DNA of 64,000 nucleotides from Planctomycetota bacterium (GTDB lineage Bacteria; Planctomycetota; MHYJ01; WSZJ01). Positions within the stretch are counted from its first letter, which is position 1, and each line of letters starts with the position of its first letter. Positions 46,974-55,437 of the stretch are shown here, in pieces. A program made the translations under genes and the position numbers. Location of the stretch: assembly GCA_038060895.1 (NCBI GenBank), contig JBBTCT010000009.1:208082-272081 (forward strand). Direction: 5' to 3'. The notes beneath the pieces are model-generated. The model did no database searches and was not told where the DNA came from. It saw only the letters and a list, made by a program, of their open reading frames with translations.

Positions 46974-48232
46974 CGTGAGTCCAGCGGAACGGTGACCTTC
47001 AATTCAACATCCTTGCCGTCCCGCAAAACGACGAGCGTGAACTCGGCCTTCTTCCTCAACTCCAGGAAATGCCGGATCGACTCCGGCTTTGCCATGGTGC
47101 GTTTGCCGGCCTTCCGGAGCACGTCCCCGACCTTCACCCCGGCCTTTTCCGCCGCGGAGCCGGGGGCGACCATCGTGACGGCGAGCTTGTCGTCCATCGA
47201 AACTCCCAGCCGCGGCGGCGGCAGCGCGTGGTCCTCTTTCGTCCACCAGATCCAGTCGGCGCCGGGCGCGAGCATGAAGTCAAAATTGTCGTCAGGCGTG
47301 CCGGAATCCCGCGCGTAGAGGACGCGGTACTTCCCCTTGAAGCGACGCTTGAGCCGGTCCGGAATTCCACGGCGATGCCTCACGTGCCCGCTTCCCGCAA
47401 TGACCAGCAATCGCCCGCCGTGCGCCTTCAGCCAGGCGGCGCCGCGGTCGGCCATCGTTTCGTCCCAGACGCAGAAGGCCTCGTAGAACGTGTCGATTCT
47501 CATGCCGGGATGATGCGGCATCGTCTCTTCGAAGTGCCGCCTGTGCTCGACGTCCGTGAGCACTATCTCGGCGGGAAGCAGCGCGCGCTCTTCGTCCGTC
47601 AGCGACTTCAGCCCGCCGCGGCCGACCTTGCGATTGATGTCCGGCGGAGCGTTCAGGGCGACGAGCGGGATCTTGTTTTCGCGGCAAAAAAGGAAGATGG
47701 GGCGGAAGAGGCGATACGGGAATCCCCAGGACTTGTACCAGTTCACGCCCTCCATGAATTCCCACTCGGAGAGCTCCCCGGCGTTCCACTTGTCGAGGAT
47801 CGGCTGAAGCGATTTCGGGAACATTTCGAGGCCGACGGCGAAATCGCCCTGATCGCCGGCGAGTTGCTTCACGGCTTCGAGCTCGAGTTCGTGGCCGCGG
47901 ACGTGGTCGTGAGTCTCGGCGAAGTGGACGACGGTGGCCTTGCGGAGGTCGGCCCAGAGCGCTTCGACGTCCGCGGTCTCACCGTTTTCGCGCATGAGGA
48001 CTTCCGGCTTGACGCGGCGGGTGGCCTCGCGGATGGAATCGACCGTGCCGGCGCGTTGAGCGGCGTCGAGCCGGCGGGCGTGGCCGATTTCGTGGAGGAT
48101 CAGGTCATGGAGTTCGCCCTTGAGGGAGTCGGCGTGGCCGCGGAAGAGGTCCTCGATGCGGCGGTCGAGGGCGTCTTCTGCGAAGGCGAGGGAGGAAAGG
48201 AGGGCGAGGACGGCAGGGAGGAGTGTTCGCAT
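46970..48232 (-). CDS. ChaN/PhuW-like iron-regulated protein with C-terminal PDZ domain
   Basis: Signal peptide; ETHD..H, GLEMF, WDETMA, AGSGHV; PDZ motif V.PGSAAEKAGVKVGD. Confidence 0.85.
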   Translation of the reverse strand: MRTLLPAVLALLSSLAFAEDALDRRIEDLFRGHADSLKGELHDLILHEIGHARRLDAAQRAGTVDSIREATRRVKPEVLMRENGETADVEALWADLRKATVVHFAETHDHVRGHELELEAVKQLAGDQGDFAVGLEMFPKSLQPILDKWNAGELSEWEFMEGVNWYKSWGFPYRLFRPIFLFCRENKIPLVALNAPPDINRKVGRGGLKSLTDEERALLPAEIVLTDVEHRRHFEETMPHHPGMRIDTFYEAFCVWDETMADRGAAWLKAHGGRLLVIAGSGHVRHRRGIPDRLKRRFKGKYRVLYARDSGTPDDNFDFMLAPGADWIWWTKEDHALPPPRLGVSMDDKLAVTMVAPGSAAEKAGVKVGDVLRKAGKRTMAKPESIRHFLELRKKAEFTLVVLRDGKDVELKVTVPLDSR

Positions 48233-48331
48233 GGGGTGAGGATAGTGCGGAGATGGCGGTTCTGGAAGTTGCGAACGATCCGATGGGGTAAATGGGATCG
48301 GGGGATATCGCAGATTTGTGTCGAGTTGGAC

Positions 48332-48360
48332 TTGACTCCGGCGCCTGGATGCCTGATAAT
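48332..48360 (+). promoter_or_regulatory. Sigma70-type promoter
   Basis: TTGACT-17 nt-GATAAT, 35 nt upstream of ATG 48396. Confidence 0.6.
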
Positions 48361-48395
48361 GTGAGTGAACGCTCACTCGCATCTCTGGAGCCTCC

Positions 48396-51300
48396 ATGAA
48401 CGCCCCCGCGCCCGCCGCAGCCCGCCAGCTCTTCCATTGCGAATTCTGCGATGCTCCCCTCCGCGACTTCATGGTCTTCTGCCCTCGCTGCAGCCTACGC
48501 CTCGACGCCGGACAGCTTGCTCTCCGACGCGCCAATGTCCTCCTCGGCGAAGCGGGTTCGTGGTGCAAGTCGGGGGACCTGCCCTCCGAGATCGCCGAGC
48601 GCATGCTCGACAAGTACCGGACCGAGTACGGCACCGCCATGACCGGGCTCATCGCTCGTTCGCCGAAGTTCCGGTCCGGCGCGGTTCCCGTTGCGAACGC
48701 GGTGGCGCCCGGGGCATCGACTCCGGCGGCAGCCGCTTCCGTCGTGCTTGCCCCGCCCGCCGCGGCGCCTGAACCGGTCGAGGTTCCGAAGCCGGCCGAA
48801 AACCCGCCCGGTTGGGTCACCATTCCCGTCGATCCCGCCCCTCCTGTGGCGGCGGCGCCGGTCGTCCTGTCCACCGAGCCCGAAGACATTCCGGCCGCCG
48901 CGCCCGTCGAGGTCGTTTCGATGGGCGCGGACGGCCGGCCACGATTTGCCGCACCGCGTCATTCCGCCGTACGCCCGCAGGAGCCGCAGGAAGACCTGCT
49001 GTTCGGCGTGCTGTCCGAACGCCACCTCAACGTGCTCGCGAGCGTCGGCATCTTCGCGGTGTTCGTCGCCGTCGTGCTTCTGGTCTACAAGGGGTGGGAA
49101 GGGTACGCCGCGGCATCCAAGGTCGGCATGATCGCCGCTGCCGCCGGTGCTTCGATGGGCCTCGGCGCCCTTCTGCGCTCGAAGACCGTTCTCAAGACGA
49201 CCGGGAACGCGCTGTTCGTGCTCGGCACGCTTTCGACGCCCATCGTCTTCGCCGCGGCCGCCTGGTACGACCTCTTCAGCATCTCCGACTCCGTGCTCGG
49301 CGTGGCCGGGGCCGCCTCGAGTGCCGCGCTCTACGCCTGGCTGGGCCGCAAAAAGGAATTCGCGTACTTCTCATGGCTGGCGTGCGCTTCGGTGATCGTC
49401 GGGCACGGGTTCCTGCTGGACCTCTGCGGCGTGACCGGCCACGACCTGGCACCCGGGTACGGGTTGCTCGGCGCGGCGCTGGCAGTCCTGGCGGCTCGGA
49501 CCCGGCGCAAGGAACTCGAAGTCTCCGCGGGCGCCGTGCTGATCGGTTCGATGATCGCGTGCGTGCCGCTGGTGATCTGGGGACAGTTGTCGCCCGGAAT
49601 CGGGCTGGTGGGCGCGCTGGCGATGTGCGGCGGGTTCGTCGCGATGTCCGCGATCCATCCTCTCTGGATGCACGGCGCGTGGCTCGCGGCCGGCGGCGCA
49701 TCGCTCGCAGCGTGCAGGGCCTCGCACGCGACCTGGCCGGCGTGGCCGGGAGGACTCGCGGTGGCCGGGGCGCTGTCGCTGGCGGGGGCGCTGAAGAAAC
49801 ACGTGCGCACGGAGCCGCTCGTCGCGGGGGGCGCGGCGCTGCTCCTCGTCGCCGGGATCATGTGCGGGATGGGCTACGGCTCGGCGAAGTTCCCGCTCGC
49901 GGACCAGGCCCTCCTGTTCTTCGCGATCGTTGCGACGCCGGCGCTTGCCGTGACGGCCTGGAAGCGAAACGAAGAGCCGTGGGCGCTCGTGTCGATGGTG
50001 CTTCCGGGGGCGGCGTTCTTTGCGATCCGCCGGCTGCTGGAGCTTCCGGTGGGATGGCTTCCCGTCGGGCTCGGCGCTTACGCCGCGGCGCTCTACGCAT
50101 TCGGCCGCGGCACGAACGTCTTCGCGCGCGCAGCGACGCCCGTCGCGATCTTCTCGCACGTCGTCGCCTTCCTGGTCTGCTGCTACCCCGGGGCCGCGGC
50201 GCTCTCGTTCCTCGACGCCGACGCGGCGCGCATGGCTCGCGCGATCCCGCATTTCTGGGGCGACTTCGCCTGGCGCGGTGCGTTCGCCATGCTGCTCCCG
50301 GGGCTCGCGATTCTCTTCGCCCGCGTCCGCCCAGATCCGCACTTCCTGTACGGGGCGCAGCCGTCCCTTCTCGCCGCGCTCGTGTTCTCCGCTCACGCTC
50401 TTCATCTGCCTGGAGAGTGGATGACCTCGCTCGTCGCGGGGGCTTCTCTAGCCGTCGTCCTGGCGACGGTCCGGCTCGAGGACGTCTTCCGCGGTCCGGT
50501 CCGGATCATGGGAGGCGTTGCCGCCGTCCCCGCCGCGATCGCCGGGTTCGTGTTCTGGGCACAGCCCGAAGGCGCGACCTCGCTCGCCGCCTCCGGCGCG
50601 CTCGCCGTCGCTCTCGGGCTCTTCACATCCGTCGAAATCCCGATCGCCCTCGGCGCCGCGCTGCTCGCGGCCTCCTGGGCCTCGACTTCGGAAATCATGT
50701 TCGTCGCTCCGCGCTTTCTAGCCGTCGGCGCCCTCGAGTTCGTCCCCGCAGCCGCGGCGTCGCTCGTCGTGCAGGATGCGAAGAAGCGGATCGCGGCGCT
50801 GGCCGGGGTCGGTCTGGTCTGCTCCGTTGAAGTCATGCGCATGCTCGCCCGCCCGGATTCGTGGAGCGCCCCGGGCGCCGCTCTGCCCGCCCTGACGCTT
50901 GGACTTCTCGCAGCGACGTCGCTCGCGCTCGGGTTCCGTGAGAAGAGCGCCGACGAACCCCAGGAGCCCGCAGCGTGGTCGGGAATCGGCGCACTGCTCG
51001 CCATGGCCGCTGGCGGGTTCGTGGTTCTCCAAATTGGAGTGGGAGCGGATTCCCGCGCCGCCGCGTGCGCCGTGATCCCTGCCGCGCTCGTGATCGCCGG
51101 CGCGCTCCGCCTGAAGAGCGCCCAGGGTCTCCCCTGGATCGCCCTCGGCTCGGCCGGCGTCCTCCTCTCCGTCGCCTGGTCGTTCAACAGCGGTTTCGCT
51201 TCCGCAGCGGCCGCGACCGCGGTCGCCGCCGTTCCCGCCATGCTCCTCGCCTTCACCGGCCCATCGAAGGAAATCGCCTCCGCCACCGGCGCCGGCCTCC

Positions 51301-52790
51301 TCAGCATCTCCGCCGGTTGCCTCGCCCACGCCGCCCACGTCCGCGCCCCCTGGCTCGCCCCTGCCTGCGCCCTCGTCCCCGTCGCCTTCGCCCTCGCCGG
51401 CCGCGCCCGCTTCGAATTCCCGCAGGGACGCCCCTGGCTCTTCACCGGCACAGCCGGCCTCGCTCTCGCCCTCATCCTCGGCGCCACCGGCTCCTCGCTC
51501 GAATTCGCAATCGTCGCCGCCATCGCCGCCGTCCCAGCCTTCGCCCTCTCCTGCTACGGCCCCGAACGCGAAGGCACCGCCGCCGCCTTCGCCGCCCTCG
51601 CGGCCGCCTCCGCCGCCGCCTTCGCTCACAACATGCACCTGCCCGCCGCCTGGATCCCTGTCGCCTGCGCGGCCGTCCCCGCTTCTCTCGTGGCCCTCGG
51701 CGCCTACGCCCATTTCCTCCCGCAGGGAAAACCCTGGGCCGCCACCTCCGCCGCCGCCCTCGCCATCGCCCTGAGCTACTCCCTCGTCCACGGCCCGCTC
51801 TCGTTTGCCGTCACCGCCCTCATCTGCGCCGGCGCGGCCGGAAGCGCCATCCGCTTCGCCCCCGCCACGCTGGCCGGAGTCGCCGCCCTCCTCTTCAACG
51901 CCAGCGTCACCGCCTTCCTCATCCACGCCGGCCTCGACGTCCGCGTCGCCGCGCCGCTCCTCGTGTCCCTCGCCTCCATGGAAGCGCTGGCCGCTTCGCT
52001 CGCCGGCTCGCGCACGGCGTCGCACTCGGTGTTCGCGGCCGCGGGCGCGCTCGCGTTCTCGGCGGTGGTCTGGGCCTTCGTGGGACCTCGTGGAGGCGAA
52101 GTCCACCTTCTCCCCGGAATGATCTCCCTCGGCATCGCGGCCGTCGCCGCTTCCGTCGCCGCGATAATCCGCCGGCAACCCTACCTCTGGGCCGTCACCG
52201 CCTGCGCCGGCGTCGCCGAGTTCTACCTCGCCCTCCGGCATTTCGACGTCACGACCCTCGAGGCTTACACCTTCCCGCCCGCGATCGCCCTCATCGCCTG
52301 GTCTCATTTCGCCACCCGCCGTACCGCCACCGTCGTCCCTGACGCGCCGCACGGGCCGGTCGTCGAAGCGGTGCTCAGCGACTGGGCGCGCCGGCAGGTC
52401 GCGACGCTTCATGAACAAATCGGCAGCGTCCGCCTTCTCGCGATCCTCGGCGCGCTCGTGCCGACGGTCTTCCTCGCCCTGCCGTCCTCCGAAGTCGCCC
52501 ACCTTCCGTACGCGCTCGGCGGAAGCGCCGCCGTGCTGGTGGCGGGCGTTCTCGCGCGCCGCAAAGCGGAAGCGGTCGCCGGGATTTGCGGGCTTGGCGG
52601 CCTGGTTGTCGTCAAGGCCATCGAGTGGATGGTGGAGCAGCAGCTCAGCGCGGCGTGGTGGATCCTGGTCGTCGGCGCGGCGCTGATCGGGTTCGTCGCG
52701 GTGTTCGAGGTCCGCAGGAGCTGGTACTTGAAAGGCAAGGGGGAGGCGGTGAGGAAGGTGGTTGAGGCTTACCTGGCGAAGTGGAGGTAG
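48396..52790 (+). CDS. Giant polytopic membrane protein with N-terminal zinc ribbon (DUF2157/SCO7613-like)
   Basis: CEFC..CPRC, Pro/Ala linker, dozens of hydrophobic helices, LEAYTFP near the C-terminus. Confidence 0.8.
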   Translation: MNAPAPAAARQLFHCEFCDAPLRDFMVFCPRCSLRLDAGQLALRRANVLLGEAGSWCKSGDLPSEIAERMLDKYRTEYGTAMTGLIARSPKFRSGAVPVANAVAPGASTPAAAASVVLAPPAAAPEPVEVPKPAENPPGWVTIPVDPAPPVAAAPVVLSTEPEDIPAAAPVEVVSMGADGRPRFAAPRHSAVRPQEPQEDLLFGVLSERHLNVLASVGIFAVFVAVVLLVYKGWEGYAAASKVGMIAAAAGASMGLGALLRSKTVLKTTGNALFVLGTLSTPIVFAAAAWYDLFSISDSVLGVAGAASSAALYAWLGRKKEFAYFSWLACASVIVGHGFLLDLCGVTGHDLAPGYGLLGAALAVLAARTRRKELEVSAGAVLIGSMIACVPLVIWGQLSPGIGLVGALAMCGGFVAMSAIHPLWMHGAWLAAGGASLAACRASHATWPAWPGGLAVAGALSLAGALKKHVRTEPLVAGGAALLLVAGIMCGMGYGSAKFPLADQALLFFAIVATPALAVTAWKRNEEPWALVSMVLPGAAFFAIRRLLELPVGWLPVGLGAYAAALYAFGRGTNVFARAATPVAIFSHVVAFLVCCYPGAAALSFLDADAARMARAIPHFWGDFAWRGAFAMLLPGLAILFARVRPDPHFLYGAQPSLLAALVFSAHALHLPGEWMTSLVAGASLAVVLATVRLEDVFRGPVRIMGGVAAVPAAIAGFVFWAQPEGATSLAASGALAVALGLFTSVEIPIALGAALLAASWASTSEIMFVAPRFLAVGALEFVPAAAASLVVQDAKKRIAALAGVGLVCSVEVMRMLARPDSWSAPGAALPALTLGLLAATSLALGFREKSADEPQEPAAWSGIGALLAMAAGGFVVLQIGVGADSRAAACAVIPAALVIAGALRLKSAQGLPWIALGSAGVLLSVAWSFNSGFASAAAATAVAAVPAMLLAFTGPSKEIASATGAGLLSISAGCLAHAAHVRAPWLAPACALVPVAFALAGRARFEFPQGRPWLFTGTAGLALALILGATGSSLEFAIVAAIAAVPAFALSCYGPEREGTAAAFAALAAASAAAFAHNMHLPAAWIPVACAAVPASLVALGAYAHFLPQGKPWAATSAAALAIALSYSLVHGPLSFAVTALICAGAAGSAIRFAPATLAGVAALLFNASVTAFLIHAGLDVRVAAPLLVSLASMEALAASLAGSRTASHSVFAAAGALAFSAVVWAFVGPRGGEVHLLPGMISLGIAAVAASVAAIIRRQPYLWAVTACAGVAEFYLALRHFDVTTLEAYTFPPAIALIAWSHFATRRTATVVPDAPHGPVVEAVLSDWARRQVATLHEQIGSVRLLAILGALVPTVFLALPSSEVAHLPYALGGSAAVLVAGVLARRKAEAVAGICGLGGLVVVKAIEWMVEQQLSAAWWILVVGAALIGFVAVFEVRRSWYLKGKGEAVRKVVEAYLAKWR

Positions 52791-52811
52791 AGCCGCGTTG
52801 CGAGTTTTGAG

Positions 52812-52850
52812 CGGGGAGGGGTGAGTAGGGGGTACTGGGTAGGAGGTAGG
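52812..52850 (+). repeat. G-rich dispersed intergenic repeat, copy 2
   Basis: GTAGGGGGTACTGGGTAGGA (52825-52844); four G-runs. Confidence 0.65.
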
Positions 52851-52923
52851 AAGAACATTCGATCGCGGGCGGATTCCCCGTGAAGCGGCTGCGGACTTCG
52901 GCATCGGATTGTTGAGGTGCGGC

Positions 52924-53844
52924 ATGACACTGAAGAGACGGCTTTGGGCGCCGGGCGCCATCGCGGTCGGGGCGATTTCCGCGATGGGCGCTTACGTGCA
53001 CTACAAATTCTCCCGCCCGGTCGGCAGCGGCCCCGCGGGTCCCTCCGTCGCGCGCGCGCCGTTTGAGAAACCGTGGTCCGCGCGGCCCGCGCTTCTCCTC
53101 GGCCTCGGCGACAGCGTGACGGCCGGATTCGGGTCAACGCGCGGGCATTCGTACTTCGACAGGCTGTACCAGAACCCGGCGGACGAGTGGGACGACATGA
53201 AGGGACTCTGCCTGCGAGCGGCGCTTCCTGGATTGACGGCTTCCAATCTCTCCCTGAGCGGCTCGACGTCGCTCGAACACATCGAGACGATCCGCGGCAT
53301 GAAGGCCGCGGCGCCGGACGTGCTCGGGATCGTCGTGATCACGACGGGCGGCAACGACGTCATTCACAATTACGGCCGGACGCCACCGCGCGAGGGGGCG
53401 ATGTACGGCGCTTCCTGGGAGCAGGCGCAACCCTGGATCGCGGCGTTCGAATCGCGCCTGGACGAAATGCTGATCGCGCTTCGCAAAAAATTCCCGGGAG
53501 GTTGCCACGTTTTCGTTGCGAACATCTACGACCCGACGGACGGGGAAGGGGACATTGCGAACGCGGGGCTTCCGGCGTGGAGCGATGGAATGAAGGTGCT
53601 GACGGCGTACAACGAGACGATCGCGCGAGTCGTGAAGCGGCACGACCACGCGCACCTGGTGGACATGCGCGGCGTGATGCTCGGCCACGGGATTCACTGC
53701 AGGCAGTCATGGGGGAAGCATTACGACGCGGGGGATCCGCACTACTGGTACTACTCGAATCTCGAGGACCCGAACGACAGGGGGTATGACGCGATCAGGA
53801 GGGTTTTCCTGTCGGCGGTGGCCGAAGTTATGGCCGGGAATTAG
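52924..53844 (+). CDS. SGNH/GDSL hydrolase family protein
   Basis: GLGDSV (block I), SGS (II), GGND (III); block V is atypical (NLEDPNDRGY). Confidence 0.85.
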   Translation: MTLKRRLWAPGAIAVGAISAMGAYVHYKFSRPVGSGPAGPSVARAPFEKPWSARPALLLGLGDSVTAGFGSTRGHSYFDRLYQNPADEWDDMKGLCLRAALPGLTASNLSLSGSTSLEHIETIRGMKAAAPDVLGIVVITTGGNDVIHNYGRTPPREGAMYGASWEQAQPWIAAFESRLDEMLIALRKKFPGGCHVFVANIYDPTDGEGDIANAGLPAWSDGMKVLTAYNETIARVVKRHDHAHLVDMRGVMLGHGIHCRQSWGKHYDAGDPHYWYYSNLEDPNDRGYDAIRRVFLSAVAEVMAGN

Positions 53845-53862
53845 TCTGGTAGAATCCGGTGG

Positions 53863-55134
53863 ATGCTGCGGGCCGCTCTCATTGCCAGCCTTTCCGTGCT
53901 CAGTGCGCTCGTCGCGCGCGCCGAGAGCGCCATTCCTTCCGGCTTCGTCAAGGTCGAGAAGAACGGCGCCGTCCAGATTCACATGGCCAACGCCAAATGG
54001 ACGTCCAAGACGGAGTTCATGATCAAATTCAACGACCTGCAGAAATCGCTCAACGAGTTCTGGAAAGCGGACGTGGAATCTCTGAGCGCCGGGTCCAATT
54101 CGCGCTTCGAGGAGCGTGCGATTCCCAGGGTGGACCTCGTGATCTTCGACAACGAGGCGGATCACGATGACTTCATGATGAAGAACGGCGCGCCCGACGA
54201 TTCGCGCCCCGGTGCGCCGTCCGACACGGTCTACCTGATGCTCATCGACGGGAAAGTCAAGGGAGCCGGCTGGGAAGTTCTCGCGCGGCGGCTATCGAGG
54301 GCGTACGCGTGGCACGGCCTGTACTTCGGCCCTCCGCCCTGGCTCGATCGCGGCATGGCGGAGTACTTCGCTTTCGCGAACAAAGCGGTGAAACCGGCCG
54401 AATCGGAAGCGTATCTCGCAATGGTGGAGCGGTTGCACGAAGTGCAGACGCGCGGCGCGGAGAAACCGCTGGCCGACACGCTTTCCAACGCTGGCGAGAA
54501 CTGGACACGCGAGGATACCGACAACGCGTGGTGTCTCTGCCACGTGCTGATGACCGAGTGCAAGAACCTGGCGGTCGACCTGTGGGCGATTCTCAGCACG
54601 CAGCAGGGCTGCGCGTACGACCGGCGCGACGGCGTCATCAGTGACTCCCGGCGGCTTGTGAAGTACCAGCTCGAACGCGCGTTCGGCGGGACGGAGCCGC
54701 TTCAGGCCGGCTGGGACTGGCACCGCGACCAGGTGATCAAGGGCGGGGCGGGAATGGCGAGGCTGAAGAAGGCGCCTGGGTCGGTGCGGGACGCCACGGC
54801 GTTCATGGTCATCAGTTTTTCGGCTGTGGTGAAGTCGGCGAACTCGACGAGTCTGGAGACGGGCGGATTTTTCGCGTACAGCGGTCCCTGGCCCGGACCG
54901 ATCACGGTGACGGCGGCGCTCGCCGACAAATCGAAGTCCTTCGGCGGGGAAACGGAAATCGCCGGTGATCGATCGGACAAGCAGGGGACTCCGGCGAAAT
55001 GGAAAGAGAAGCGGATACCGGTGCCGGTGAGCTGGTGGAATGCGTTTCTTCGAGTGACGGTGAGGTGGGAAGTGGATGGCGGTGGGGTCTACCAGTTCTC
55101 CAGTGTGCGGGAGGTTTCGATCCCGAACCGGTAG
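53863..55134 (+). CDS. Exported hypothetical protein with a degenerate gluzincin/DUF1570-like region
   Basis: Signal peptide; PPWLDRGMAEYF resembles PxWLxEGxAEYF; no HExxH. Confidence 0.7.
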   Translation: MLRAALIASLSVLSALVARAESAIPSGFVKVEKNGAVQIHMANAKWTSKTEFMIKFNDLQKSLNEFWKADVESLSAGSNSRFEERAIPRVDLVIFDNEADHDDFMMKNGAPDDSRPGAPSDTVYLMLIDGKVKGAGWEVLARRLSRAYAWHGLYFGPPPWLDRGMAEYFAFANKAVKPAESEAYLAMVERLHEVQTRGAEKPLADTLSNAGENWTREDTDNAWCLCHVLMTECKNLAVDLWAILSTQQGCAYDRRDGVISDSRRLVKYQLERAFGGTEPLQAGWDWHRDQVIKGGAGMARLKKAPGSVRDATAFMVISFSAVVKSANSTSLETGGFFAYSGPWPGPITVTAALADKSKSFGGETEIAGDRSDKQGTPAKWKEKRIPVPVSWWNAFLRVTVRWEVDGGGVYQFSSVREVSIPNR

Positions 55135-55370
55135 TAAGGAGGTCGGGGCGGTTCGTGCCTTTGAAAAGGGGAAATGTAAGGTCGGGTGAACGTTCCCTCG
55201 ATGGGTAGACATAAGTAATTACATGCCATTGTGTTGCGTCATGATCCAGCGCTGCTTTCAGCGTTTTTAAGTAAGCCGCGCTGAACAATGGATCGACTGA
55301 CATGTGCCTATCACAGCCACAAACCCATTGATGCCAATACTTTGTGTCCGTGATCACCGCGTTGTCACAG

Positions 55371-55386
55371 GGGCACACCCTTTGCT
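55371..55386 (+). promoter_or_regulatory. Sigma54 (-24/-12) promoter
   Basis: GGGCAC-ACCCT-TTGCT versus consensus TGGCAC-N5-TTGCW; exact GG-N10-GC spacing; about 50 nt before ATG 55438. Confidence 0.6.
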
Positions 55387-55437
55387 TCCTCTGCCCCTCG
55401 CTCGTCCCTCTTTCCTCATCCTCACCGGAGACTCTTC

